Shown piece by piece: positions 9,229-18,977 of a stretch of 64,000 nucleotides of DNA. Source of the stretch: an uncultured Gammaproteobacteria bacterium (GTDB lineage: Bacteria > Patescibacteriota > Microgenomatia > UBA8517); contig CAZWNZ010000001.1 of the NCBI GenBank assembly GCA_964635715.1, forward strand, positions 408,616 through 472,615, written 5' to 3'. The notes below the pieces were generated by a model, which was not told the origin of the DNA, searched no databases, and saw only the letters and a list, made by a program, of their open reading frames with translations. Position 1 is the first letter of the stretch. Each line of letters begins with the position of its first letter. A program made the translations under genes and the position numbers.

Positions 9229-10341
9229 ATGCTAGTTTCAATATTAGTTTTTATTTTAGTTCTTTCCGTTCTTATTATTTCCCATGAATTTGGGCATTTT
9301 ATTGTTGCCAGAAAATCAGGAGTAAAAGTTGAGGAATTCGGTTTTGGTTTGCCGCCGAGGATTTGGGGCAAAAAGGTGGGCGAGACGATTTATTCGATAA
9401 ATGCGCTTCCATTCGGAGGATTTGTGAGACTTCATGGTGAACAGGAAGAAGCGGACGGGACTAATTTGAGGCGCTCATTTTTACATAAGAGTAAAAAAGT
9501 AAGGGCACTTGTTTCGGTTGCTGGAGTGATTATGAATTTTGTTTTGGCAATATTAATATTTGCAGTTGTTTATTCATTTTCCGGAATACCGAGAGACACA
9601 GGATTGATAAAGGTATTAGAAGTTGCAAATGATTCTCCCGCGCAAAGAGCTGGTATTGTGGTGGGGGACATAATTACCAGAATTAACGGAGAAAAAGTTT
9701 CTTTATCTGATGATTTTGTGGCAAAAACATCAGAAGAAAAGGGTCGTAAAATCCAATACGAGATTCAAAGAACAATTGGTGGTGAGCAAAGTTTGAAGGT
9801 GGTTTCACTTACCCCCAGAGAAAATCCGCCTGAAGGTGAAGGTGCTGTCGGTGTGGTTGTTTCCACTATGGAAATTTATTATCCTCCTATCTGGCAGCGG
9901 CCGTTTTACGGAATATATTATGGTTTTACCGATGCTGTGTTTTGGGGTAAAACAATAGTTGCTGGACTTTCCGACATGGTTGCCGGAGTTTTTCGTGGTG
10001 AAACGATAGAGGGTGTTTCAGGACCCATTGGGATCTATGCGATTACGACAGAAGCTTCAAAAGGCGGTTTTTTGACGCTTATTAATTTTGTCGGAATCTT
10101 GTCAGTTAATTTGGCAATATTAAATATTTTGCCGTTTCCGGCTCTTGACGGAGGGCGCCTTCTTTTTATTGGAATAGAGGCTATATCCAGAAAAAAAGTT
10201 TCCACAAAAACAGAGGCGATAATAAACAACATAGGATTCATTATGCTTATAACCCTGCTTCTTGTTATAACAATCGGAGATATTAAAAGATTGATTACAT
10301 TTAAAGGGATTGAAGGTTTCTTAAATTCGATGGGGCAGTGA
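9229..10341 (+). CDS. rseP: RseP-like site-2 protease (M50 family) with PDZ domain
   Basis: HEFGHFIVAR is an HExxH motif in TM1. A PDZ segment (GIVVGDIITRINGEKV) is present. A C-terminal LDGG motif is present (ALDGGRLLF). Confidence 0.85.
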   Translation: MLVSILVFILVLSVLIISHEFGHFIVARKSGVKVEEFGFGLPPRIWGKKVGETIYSINALPFGGFVRLHGEQEEADGTNLRRSFLHKSKKVRALVSVAGVIMNFVLAILIFAVVYSFSGIPRDTGLIKVLEVANDSPAQRAGIVVGDIITRINGEKVSLSDDFVAKTSEEKGRKIQYEIQRTIGGEQSLKVVSLTPRENPPEGEGAVGVVVSTMEIYYPPIWQRPFYGIYYGFTDAVFWGKTIVAGLSDMVAGVFRGETIEGVSGPIGIYAITTEASKGGFLTLINFVGILSVNLAILNILPFPALDGGRLLFIGIEAISRKKVSTKTEAIINNIGFIMLITLLLVITIGDIKRLITFKGIEGFLNSMGQ

Positions 10342-10356
10342 TACAATAAACGAGAA

Positions 10357-11601
10357 ATGAAACAATCACAACTTTTCCCAAAGACAAGAAAAGAGGCACC
10401 GAAAGATGCTGAGAGTATCAACCACAAACTTCTCGTTAGGGGAGGATTTATGGATCAACTTATGTCCGGTAGCTGGACACTCCTTCCTTTGGGATGGAAA
10501 GTTATTACCAAAATCAATCAAATAATCCGCGAGGAAATTAATGCCGTTGGGGGACAGGAAATGTTAATGCCGCTCTTGCATCCGAAGGAAATTTGGAGTG
10601 AAACGGGTAGATGGGACAAGGCGGATGAGATTATGTATAAACTTTCTGATGCAAGGAAAAAAGAATATGTTCTTTCTTTTACGCACGAGGAAATCGTAAT
10701 GGATTTACTTCGCAAAAATATTAAAAGTTATCAGGATCTACCGGTTTCCATTTATCACTTCTCAACCAAATTCAGAAATGAACCGAGAGCTAAATCCGGA
10801 ATACTTAGGGGCAGGGAATTTATGATGAAGGATCTTTATTCGGCCCATGTAAACGAGCGCGATATGATGGACTATTACGAGAAGGTTAAGGGAGCTTATG
10901 TTAAAATCTTCAAGCGCCTTGGCTTTGATTTCAGAGTGGTGGAAGCTTCGGGCGGCGTATTTACCGATAAGCATACGCACGAATTTCAAGTAATTAACGC
11001 AAATGGAGAGGATACGATCTATTCATGCGATAAATGTGATTATGCCGTAAATAAGGAAATATTTGACATCGGAGATGATGCATCTGGAAAAGAACAAGAT
11101 TTGTGTCCAAAGTGCAAGAAAGGAAAAATAGAAAAATTAGATAAAACTGTGGAGGTCGGTAACATTTTTCCACTTGGAACTTGGTATTCAGAACGGATGA
11201 AAGTTTATTACACTGATGAAAAAGGTTTGAAAAAACCGGTTTGGTTTGCAAGTTATGGAATCGGCCCGACCCGTGTGATGGGTACTTGGGTGGAAGTTTC
11301 GCACGACGAGAACGGAATAATCTGGAGTAAGGAAATTTCACCTTTTGATGTTCACCTTGTCGAACTTCCCGGTGGACGCGGAGAAGAAATTTACAAGAAA
11401 TTAAAAAATGCCGGGGTTGATGTTCTTTGGGACGATAGAAAAGTTCCTGCTGGAGAAAAATTTGCTGATGCAGACCTTATCGGAATTCCAGTCAGGTTAG
11501 TTGTGTCGGAACGCAATGGAGACAAGATTGAATGGAAAGAAAGAGATTCTGAAAAGAGCGAACTTTTAAGTTTGGATGAAGTTATCACCAAGTTAACGTA
11601 A
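10357..11601 (+). CDS. proS: Prolyl-tRNA synthetase, minimal bacterial type lacking INS editing domain
   Basis: The N-terminus SQLFPKTRKEAPKDAE is ProS-like. Class II motif 2 is FRNEPRAKSGILRGREFMMKD. A C-terminal anticodon-binding domain is present. Only 414 aa, with a Cys4 insert (CDKCDY...CPKCKKG) where INS would be. Confidence 0.85.
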   Translation: MKQSQLFPKTRKEAPKDAESINHKLLVRGGFMDQLMSGSWTLLPLGWKVITKINQIIREEINAVGGQEMLMPLLHPKEIWSETGRWDKADEIMYKLSDARKKEYVLSFTHEEIVMDLLRKNIKSYQDLPVSIYHFSTKFRNEPRAKSGILRGREFMMKDLYSAHVNERDMMDYYEKVKGAYVKIFKRLGFDFRVVEASGGVFTDKHTHEFQVINANGEDTIYSCDKCDYAVNKEIFDIGDDASGKEQDLCPKCKKGKIEKLDKTVEVGNIFPLGTWYSERMKVYYTDEKGLKKPVWFASYGIGPTRVMGTWVEVSHDENGIIWSKEISPFDVHLVELPGGRGEEIYKKLKNAGVDVLWDDRKVPAGEKFADADLIGIPVRLVVSERNGDKIEWKERDSEKSELLSLDEVITKLT

Positions 11602-11635
11602 AGACCACGTCTTGACGTATATATAATATTTACAT

Positions 11636-11989
11636 ATGGAAGATTGTATATTCTGCAAAATTGTTAATAAAGAATTACCGTCGAAGATAGAATATGAAGA
11701 TGATGATGTAATTGTGTTTCATAATATCAACCCACTCGCACCTGTTCATCTTTTGATTGTTCCCAAGAAACACATTGTTAATATTTCTCAGATTACAGAA
11801 AAGGACGAAAAACTTATGGGCAAAATGGTTTTAGTAGCAAAGAAAATGGCGGAAAAAATGGGGATTTTGAGTGCCTTTAGAACAGCAACTGCAAATGGGA
11901 AAAACGCGGGACAGTCAGTATTTCATATGCATTTACATTTAACAGGTGGTTGGAAAACGAAGTATAATAGGGACGAAGACAAAGCCTAG
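11636..11989 (+). CDS. HIT family hydrolase
   Basis: The histidine triad HMHLHL is present. Confidence 0.8.
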   Translation: MEDCIFCKIVNKELPSKIEYEDDDVIVFHNINPLAPVHLLIVPKKHIVNISQITEKDEKLMGKMVLVAKKMAEKMGILSAFRTATANGKNAGQSVFHMHLHLTGGWKTKYNRDEDKA

Positions 11990-12007
11990 TTTGTCAAATA
12001 AAATTAT

Positions 12008-12454
12008 ATGTTATCTAAGGATATTACAAAATTAATTGGTGAGGCGATGAAAGCCCACGAAGAGGTAAAAGTCTCAACTTTAAGGCTTCTTTCTTCGGCT
12101 TTCAATTACGAGAAAATTGCCAAGCAGCATGAGTTAACGGAGGAAGAAGAGCTTGCAGTAATAAGACGCGAAGTTAAGCAACGACGCGACTCAATTGAAG
12201 CATACGACAAAGCAGGTAGAGGTGATCTTTCCGAGAAAGAGAAAGCAGAATTAGCCGTACTTTCGGAGTTTTTACCTCCTGAAATGAGCGATGGAGATTT
12301 AGTCAAATTAGTTGAAGAAGCGGTTGCTGCAGTCAAACCCACTGGAATAGCCGATATTGGTAAGGTCATCGGTTTTGTAAAAGGAAAAGCCCCAAACGCA
12401 GATGGAGGCAAAGTTGCACAACTTGTACGACAGAAGCTGGAATCTGGTAGCTAG
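12008..12454 (+). CDS. GatB/YqeY domain protein
   Basis: YqeY-like architecture and length (148 aa). Confidence 0.75.
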   Translation: MLSKDITKLIGEAMKAHEEVKVSTLRLLSSAFNYEKIAKQHELTEEEELAVIRREVKQRRDSIEAYDKAGRGDLSEKEKAELAVLSEFLPPEMSDGDLVKLVEEAVAAVKPTGIADIGKVIGFVKGKAPNADGGKVAQLVRQKLESGS

Positions 12455-12509
12455 AATCTAGTTTCTAATTTCTAACTTCTAATTACTGTTTTTATGAATT
12501 ACTGTTTTT

Positions 12510-12902
12510 ATGATTAAAGTTAATATTACAAAACAATCCAATTATCCTGTTAAAAGTTCAACTATCAAAAAGCGTTTAGTTGAGTTTTTTACTAAACAAG
12601 GCATAGTTTCTGATGCAGAGGTTTCAATTGCAATTATTGGTGAAATAAAGATGATGGAAATTGGAAACAAATATTTGAAAGATAAAAAGCTTCACAATGT
12701 GTTGTCATTTGTTCCCGGAGAGATAAAAGGGGGTTTTGTGTTTCCCCCAGATGGAAAAATTCATCTCGGGGAGATAATTGTTTGTTATCCCTTGGCTGTC
12801 AAAGAGGCGGGGGAAGAAAATATATTGGTTGATGAGAGAGTTTATGAGCTTATTCAGCACGGCGCGCTTCACCTTATGGGTATTCACCACAAAGAAAATT
12901 GA
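12510..12902 (+). CDS. ybeY: Endoribonuclease YbeY (rRNA maturation)
   Basis: The C-terminal HGALHLMGIHH zinc motif matches the YbeY H..HG.LHL.G.DH signature. Confidence 0.75.
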   Translation: MIKVNITKQSNYPVKSSTIKKRLVEFFTKQGIVSDAEVSIAIIGEIKMMEIGNKYLKDKKLHNVLSFVPGEIKGGFVFPPDGKIHLGEIIVCYPLAVKEAGEENILVDERVYELIQHGALHLMGIHHKEN

Positions 12903-12943
12903 TTCACCAGGTACTATTTGATAGTAGTTAAAAGATTAGTAAA

Positions 12944-14470
12944 ATGGTAAAAAGTATTATGACTCTTTATCTTAAATATCGCCCTAGAAATTTAGATGAA
13001 ATCGATGAAACTTCCGTTGCTGAGTCTCTCAAAAAAATAGTTTCCCAAAAAAGCATTCCTCATGCATTTTTGTTTGCCGGACCAAAAGGAACTGGAAAAA
13101 CGTCTACTGCCAGGATTTTGGCGAAGATTGTTAACTGTGAAAACCTTAAAGACGGAAAACCATGTGATAAATGCAAGCAATGTACATCCATTACCAATGG
13201 ATCAAACCTTGATGTTATTGAAATGGATGCGGCAAGCCATCGCGGAATTGATGACGTAAGAATCTTAAGAGATGCAGTAAAACTCTCACCAGTTGCCGGA
13301 AAGAAAAAAATTTATATTATTGATGAGGTCCACATGCTTACAACCGAAGCAAGTAATGCTCTTTTGAAAACTTTGGAGGAACCTCCGGAACATGTGATAT
13401 TTATTTTAGCTACAACAAATCCGGAAAAACTGATTGAAACGATTCGTTCAAGAACGACCTTGATACCATTTAAAAAAGCCACAAGTTCTGAAATAGTAAG
13501 GTCTCTTAAAAGAGTGGCAGAGGCAGAAAAAATCGAGATCAAAGATGATGCGCTGCAAATTATAGCAGAATCTGCAGACGGTTCATTCCGTGATGCGATA
13601 AAAATTTTGGAACAGATAACCTCAGAAGAAAGGGATTTATCCAAGGACTCTTTAGAAGAATTTCTTTTTAAAAACAAATCTTACAATTTAGACGATTTTG
13701 CACATCTTTTGGAAGAAAAAAAGCTTAAAGATCTTTTAGATGAAGTAGATAGTTTAAATTCTAAAGGTGTTGTGTTTGAAGCTTTTTTGGAATCATTAAT
13801 CAAAAAATTAAGATTTGGACTTTTGTCAAAAGTGGGAGTAGGTGAAAATTCTCTGACAGAATTTTCAAAAGGAGAACTTGTTGAATTAATTGATCTTTTC
13901 TCGGAGGCGTATAGAGAAATCAGTTCAAGTCCGATTGCAGAGCTACCGTTTGAATTGGCAATTATTTCCTGGTGTGAAAAAGGAAAAATCGGTGGAAACA
14001 AAGATGAAAACAATAGTTCAGAGCATGAGGAAAAAGAAGAACAGGTTGATGTAAAAGTTGAGGAAAACACGGTGTCGGATGATGTAGTTGAGGATCAAGA
14101 GCAAGTATTAGTGGAAAAAGGAATGGAAGTTCCGGATGATGTATGGAAAGATATACTGGCACTTGTTAAACCGGTTAATGCTTCGATGGAAGCGCTTTTA
14201 AGAGCAGCCAAACCGGTTGCTTACAACGGCAAAGTTTTGACGCTTGGTGTTTATTACAAATTCCACAAAGAAAGAATTGAAGAGGTTAAACACAGAAAAG
14301 TTTTGGAAGAAATTATTGCTAAAGTTTTGCAGTCGCCGACAAAAGTATGTTGTATATTAGTGGAGCCGCCTCCCAAAAAAGTGATTGAAGAGGCAAAGGT
14401 GGAACCAATTTTGACTGAAGGCAAAGACCAGGATATAATCAAGGCAGCTGAAGAAATATTCAGCAATTAA
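12944..14470 (+). CDS. dnaX: DNA polymerase III subunit gamma/tau
   Basis: Walker A GPKGTGKTSTARILAK is present. A zinc module (CENLKDGKPCDKCKQC) is present. The sensor motif SRT/RSRTT is present. The likely start is MTLYLKYRP at 12962. Confidence 0.9.
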   Translation: MVKSIMTLYLKYRPRNLDEIDETSVAESLKKIVSQKSIPHAFLFAGPKGTGKTSTARILAKIVNCENLKDGKPCDKCKQCTSITNGSNLDVIEMDAASHRGIDDVRILRDAVKLSPVAGKKKIYIIDEVHMLTTEASNALLKTLEEPPEHVIFILATTNPEKLIETIRSRTTLIPFKKATSSEIVRSLKRVAEAEKIEIKDDALQIIAESADGSFRDAIKILEQITSEERDLSKDSLEEFLFKNKSYNLDDFAHLLEEKKLKDLLDEVDSLNSKGVVFEAFLESLIKKLRFGLLSKVGVGENSLTEFSKGELVELIDLFSEAYREISSSPIAELPFELAIISWCEKGKIGGNKDENNSSEHEEKEEQVDVKVEENTVSDDVVEDQEQVLVEKGMEVPDDVWKDILALVKPVNASMEALLRAAKPVAYNGKVLTLGVYYKFHKERIEEVKHRKVLEEIIAKVLQSPTKVCCILVEPPPKKVIEEAKVEPILTEGKDQDIIKAAEEIFSN

Positions 14471-14479
14471 TTTAAACAT

Positions 14480-14758
14480 ATGTTTGATAAGGTAAAAAAT
14501 TTAGCAGAAATGAAAAGACAGGCAGGCACTCTTCAGAAAGAGCTTGAAAAGATTATCAAAACTGAAGAAAAGCATGGCTACACAGTTTCTGTTACAGGAG
14601 ACCAAAAGATCCGCTACATTAAGCATGGTGAGGAAGATATGAAAGAACTTGCTGATTTGATAAACGACGCTATGAAAAATGTTCAGAAAGACGCTGCCAA
14701 GAAAATGATGGAGATGGGCGGAGGACTTTCTGGACTTTTGGGAGGATTGGGGAAATAA
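14480..14758 (+). CDS. ybaB: Nucleoid-associated protein YbaB/EbfC
   Basis: 92 aa. Motif MKRQAGTLQKELEK. It sits in the canonical dnaX-ybaB-recR order. Confidence 0.85.
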   Translation: MFDKVKNLAEMKRQAGTLQKELEKIIKTEEKHGYTVSVTGDQKIRYIKHGEEDMKELADLINDAMKNVQKDAAKKMMEMGGGLSGLLGGLGK

Positions 14759-14762
14759 CAAA

Positions 14763-14969
14763 ATGCCTGTCGTAGAGCAATCGAAAAATATAATATATAA
14801 ACAAGCCCCATGTACGCCAGACGGGGAAATTACTTCTGATGGACAACAGGAATCTAAGGAAGGAACTTGCAGGTGCAAACTTAATCCAAGCGGGTGTTGT
14901 GTGGACGGTTTCGGCATTATAATTCCCAAAATACTCAAAGATGAATCTCCTTTGCCGACTGCCAGCTAA
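14763..14969 (+). CDS. Small Cys-rich hypothetical ORF
   Basis: A 68-aa ORF fills the ybaB-recR gap. It contains CRCKLNPSGCCVDGFG. No homology is recognisable. Confidence 0.25.
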   Translation: MPVVEQSKNIIYKQAPCTPDGEITSDGQQESKEGTCRCKLNPSGCCVDGFGIIIPKILKDESPLPTAS

Positions 14970-14985
14970 GTGTTAATATAATCGT

Positions 14986-15600
14986 ATGAAAGTTGCACGC
15001 CCCATTGCTGCTCTTATTGAGAGTTTTCAAAAACTTCCCGGAGTGGGACCTAAAAGCGCTCAACGCTTAACTTATTATCTTCTTCATGTTCCTCAAAGCC
15101 AGTTAGATGATTTTGCAGAGAATCTGGAAAATCTCAAAAAAAACACAAAACTATGTTCAGTTTGTAAAAATGTAAATGAGACAGACCCTTGTTCCATTTG
15201 TTCGGACCAGACACGTGACCACTCTATTGTTATGGTAGTCGAACAACCGCTGGACGTTTTAGCACTTGAAAGGACAGGAAAATTTAAAGGAATTTATCAT
15301 GTTTTACACGGTGCGATTAACCCCTTGGAAAATATCGGACCTGATGAGATATATATCGAGCAATTGTTAGACAGAATCTCGAATTTAGAATCTGGAATTG
15401 CGGAGGTAATAATTGCAACTAACCCGACAATGGAAGGTGAGGCGACGAGTATGTATTTGAAAAGGAAAATTAGTGAACTAGATTCTGGTTCCAAAATTCG
15501 AATCACTAGGTTGGGGATGGGAATTCCTACGGGAGCCGATCTTGAATATGCAGATGAAACAACACTCACTCAGGCGATTGAAGGAAGAAGAGAATTGTAA
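14986..15600 (+). CDS. recR: Recombination protein RecR
   Basis: An HhH motif (LPGVGPKSAQRL) is present. A C4 zinc finger (CSVCKNV...CSICSD) is present. A Toprim domain is present. Confidence 0.9.
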   Translation: MKVARPIAALIESFQKLPGVGPKSAQRLTYYLLHVPQSQLDDFAENLENLKKNTKLCSVCKNVNETDPCSICSDQTRDHSIVMVVEQPLDVLALERTGKFKGIYHVLHGAINPLENIGPDEIYIEQLLDRISNLESGIAEVIIATNPTMEGEATSMYLKRKISELDSGSKIRITRLGMGIPTGADLEYADETTLTQAIEGRREL

Positions 15601-15723
15601 ACTCAAGTAACCAGTGATCAGTTATCAGTAATCAGTTAATTAACAAGTAATTAGTTCACTTTATTCACTTAGTGGTTACTGGTAAACTGGGAACTGATAA
15701 CTAAATACTAAATACTAAATACA

Positions 15724-16266
15724 ATGAAATCTCCACTTGTCCAAGACACTGCCAATTCAGTCAAATCAATGGCTCAGACTATTGCCAAACAGATCGCTCA
15801 GGAACCGTTGGAAATTTTAAAAGACGCGGGAACTCAGGTAAGCGGAATTGAATCAGGACAGCCACATATGGACCAAGCTTCCGGTGAAGCACCCCCAAAA
15901 AGTGAGGATATCAAAAATCAGGAAACAAAAGATCAGGCTTTTACCCAGAGACGTATGCAAGCGCTTCAGAATGAAGTAGATGAGATAAGAAAACAAAGAG
16001 TATTTAAAGACCTTCAGGCAAAGATTTCTGCAGGAGAGATGGTTGCTTTAGAAGATTACCCCGAACTTTCCATGGAGCAAAAACAGGTTCTAAAAGCCCA
16101 AGTTGAAGCAGTGAAGTTTCAGCAGGAACAAGCCAAATACCAAGCAAGTGTTCAGGAAGTTCCCACAGTTCACTCTAAACCCAACCGAAGATTTGGTGCA
16201 GGCCAAAAACACGAAGCGGAAAAACAACAAACTAGAGTTGAAAAACCTGTTCCACCATCGGGATAA
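15724..16266 (+). CDS. Hypothetical Gln/Glu-rich coiled-coil protein
   Basis: A 180-aa ORF with low-complexity Q/E/K-rich sequence. Confidence 0.4.
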   Translation: MKSPLVQDTANSVKSMAQTIAKQIAQEPLEILKDAGTQVSGIESGQPHMDQASGEAPPKSEDIKNQETKDQAFTQRRMQALQNEVDEIRKQRVFKDLQAKISAGEMVALEDYPELSMEQKQVLKAQVEAVKFQQEQAKYQASVQEVPTVHSKPNRRFGAGQKHEAEKQQTRVEKPVPPSG

Positions 16267-16378
16267 TTTACAATTCACAATTAACAATTTATAACGAGCG
16301 TGTGAAGTTATATTAGCTCGCGAAGCGCTCGAATTCCAAGCTCTTGCTTGAATTTGAAATAGCTTCTACAATTAGAGC

Positions 16379-17833
16379 GTGGCTGATATTTATTTAACCA
16401 ATTCATTAACTAGGACAAAAGAAAAGTTTACTCCGTTAAAATCTAATGAAGTCGGCATGTACACTTGCGGTCCGACGGTTTACAACTATGCCACCATAGG
16501 GAATTTTAGAACTTATTTTAGTGCAGATATTTTACTACGTACTCTGAAATATAACGGTTATAAGGTTAACTACATAATGAATTTGACTGATGTAGGGCAT
16601 CTTACCGGAGATAATCTGGGAGATGCAGACACGGGAGAGGATAGGATGGTGAAAGAGGCGGAGAAGGAAAGGAAAAATGCATGGGATATTGCCAAAGAAT
16701 ATACAAATGCTTTTTTGACGGATTTTCATAAGCTTAATCTCGAAGATCCTGAGAACTTCGTTAAAGCAACAGACCACATAGAAGACCAGATTGATTTGGT
16801 TAAAAAGCTTGAAGGAAAAGGACTGACTTACAAAATTTCCGATGGAATATATTTTGACACAAAAACTTATGAGGAAAAAACTGGTTTTAGGTATGGTGAG
16901 CTTTCTAACCTTGATCAAATAAAAGAAGGGGCAAGAGTTGAAGTAAACCCTGAGAAAAAAAACCCAAGGGATTTTGCTTTATGGAAGTTCAGTTATAGGG
17001 ATGGAAGATCCTTCGACTCCGCCCAGGACGACGCTTCCCGTCGGCGCGACATGGAATGGGATTCGCCTTGGGGGGTTGGTTTCCCTGGTTGGCATATTGA
17101 GTGTTCTGCAATGAGTATGAAATATTTGGGCGAGACTTTCGATATTCATGTAGGCGGCGAAGATTTGAAGTCCACTCATCACCCAAATGAAATTGCTCAG
17201 AGCCAAGGGGCAACCGGTAAAAAATTTGTGGACTTTTGGATTCATGGTGCATTCTTAACCGTTGACGGGGGACGTATGGGTAAAAGTTTGGGAAATGCCT
17301 ATACAATTTCTGATTTAGAGAAAAAAGGATTTTCAGCATTAGACCTGAAATATTTTTATCTTTCAGGAAAATATAACGAACCAATTAATTTTACTTGGGA
17401 ATCACTGACTGCTGCTCAAAATGCTATGGATAAACTCAATTCTCAAATATCAAATCTTAGGTCTCAAAAAGGGCGAACTGTTCTTTCCGAAGAGAAGGAG
17501 ATAAAGATTGAAAATTATAGAAATGAATTTACGATAGCGATAAATGATGATTTAAATACACCGAAAGCCCTGGCTGTGCTTTGGTCAATGCTGGGGAGTA
17601 GTATTCCGTCAGAGGATAAATATGATTTAGCTATGAGTTTTGATGAAATATTAGGGTTGAATCTGGAATCTGGAATCTCGAATTTAGAGAATATAATCCC
17701 GGATAATGTAAAAGTTCTAATGGAAAAAAGGGAACAACTGAGGAAGGAAGGTAAATTTGAGGAAGCGGATAAAGTCCGAGATGAAATAACAAAAGCGGGG
17801 TATCAGGTATTTGATAAGCAAGTTAATAAGTGA
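16379..17833 (+). CDS. cysS: Cysteinyl-tRNA synthetase
   Basis: The class I HIGH region [17 protein letters not shown] is present. KMSKS-like MGKSLGN is present. The zinc site WHIECSAM is present. Confidence 0.9.
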   Translation: MADIYLTNSLTRTKEKFTPLKSNEVGMYTCGPTVYNYATIGNFRTYFSADILLRTLKYNGYKVNYIMNLTDVGHLTGDNLGDADTGEDRMVKEAEKERKNAWDIAKEYTNAFLTDFHKLNLEDPENFVKATDHIEDQIDLVKKLEGKGLTYKISDGIYFDTKTYEEKTGFRYGELSNLDQIKEGARVEVNPEKKNPRDFALWKFSYRDGRSFDSAQDDASRRRDMEWDSPWGVGFPGWHIECSAMSMKYLGETFDIHVGGEDLKSTHHPNEIAQSQGATGKKFVDFWIHGAFLTVDGGRMGKSLGNAYTISDLEKKGFSALDLKYFYLSGKYNEPINFTWESLTAAQNAMDKLNSQISNLRSQKGRTVLSEEKEIKIENYRNEFTIAINDDLNTPKALAVLWSMLGSSIPSEDKYDLAMSFDEILGLNLESGISNLENIIPDNVKVLMEKREQLRKEGKFEEADKVRDEITKAGYQVFDKQVNK

Positions 17834-17874
17834 CCAGTAAACAAGTAACCAGTTAGTTTTTTAGTTATCTAGTT

Positions 17875-18228
17875 ATGGATAATTTAGAGTTCTCCAAAAG
17901 GTTGGAAAAAAGGTTTGCGTTTTTTGCTGATAATGTTTATGCCATTTGCAGAAAACTTGATAAAAACATAGAAAATCGGGAGATTGTCAAACAATTAGTT
18001 AGATCAAGTGGTTCAGTCGGAGCAAACTATATAGAGGCAAATGAAAGTCTAAGTAGAAAGGATTTTTTCCATAGAATCAGAATTTGCCGGAAGGAAGCTA
18101 AAGAATCAAGATTTTGGCTTGAAAGATTATTTGGACTTAATGCTAATTATGGCGAAGAAATTAGTTTATTAATAAAAGAAACAACCGAATTTGTTTTATT
18201 GTTTTCTAAAATCTTAACCAAATCTTAA
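17875..18228 (+). CDS. Four-helix-bundle protein (23S rRNA intervening-sequence protein family)
   Basis: Diagnostic SVGANYIEANESLSRKDFFHRIRICRKEAKESRFWLE is present. It is flanked by perfect 11-bp inverted repeats. Confidence 0.8.
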   Translation: MDNLEFSKRLEKRFAFFADNVYAICRKLDKNIENREIVKQLVRSSGSVGANYIEANESLSRKDFFHRIRICRKEAKESRFWLERLFGLNANYGEEISLLIKETTEFVLLFSKILTKS

Positions 18229-18286
18229 CTATTTACTTGTTTAACTTACTGATTACTGTTAAATTGATTACTGATAACTAACAAGT

Positions 18287-18940
18287 ATGCAAGTTTTTGC
18301 AGTGATTCTAGATTTTGACGGCACAATTATTGACAGTGACTCTGCTTGGAAAAAGGCCTTTATAGGGGTTCTTGGGAACTTGAATGTGAATGTTCCCGTA
18401 GGTGCCATCAATATAACAGGAGCGTCCCTGAAAGATAATTGGAATGCTCTGATTTCAAAATATAACCTTAAAATAGACAAAACTTTTGAGGAATTGAGGA
18501 GTCTTACTTACAACGAGTATAAAAAATTAATTCCGGACATCCATTTAATTGATGGAGCCTGTGAATTTATTGAAAATTTCAAGTATTCAGGAGTTCAGAT
18601 TGCATTGGCAACAAATACAAGTTGGGAAATTGTTGATGATATAACTAAAAAGCTGGAGATAGAACATTTATTCGATTACATAACCACGGGGGACGAAGTG
18701 TTATATCACAAGCCTGACCCTGAAATTTATATTAAAGCAGCTGAAAAGATGAATCTTGAGCCTGATAATTGTATGGTCATAGAAAATACGGAGGTGGGTG
18801 TAAGAGCGGCTAAGGAAGCGGGGATGAAGGTCGTAGCGATATTATCCACCGAATACGAAAACTCCGACTCTCTATCTCAGGCCGACTTGGTTGTTGAAGG
18901 ATTTTCGGAAATAACCCCACAAGCAATAGACCAATTATGA
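18287..18940 (+). CDS. HAD-superfamily hydrolase (beta-phosphoglucomutase-like)
   Basis: HAD motif I (ILDFDGTIIDSD) is present. Motif IV is present (DD in VDDIT). Confidence 0.75.
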   Translation: MQVFAVILDFDGTIIDSDSAWKKAFIGVLGNLNVNVPVGAINITGASLKDNWNALISKYNLKIDKTFEELRSLTYNEYKKLIPDIHLIDGACEFIENFKYSGVQIALATNTSWEIVDDITKKLEIEHLFDYITTGDEVLYHKPDPEIYIKAAEKMNLEPDNCMVIENTEVGVRAAKEAGMKVVAILSTEYENSDSLSQADLVVEGFSEITPQAIDQL

Positions 18941-18977
18941 GATAATGGTTTATTATTAGTGTGAGCCATTTTAATTT

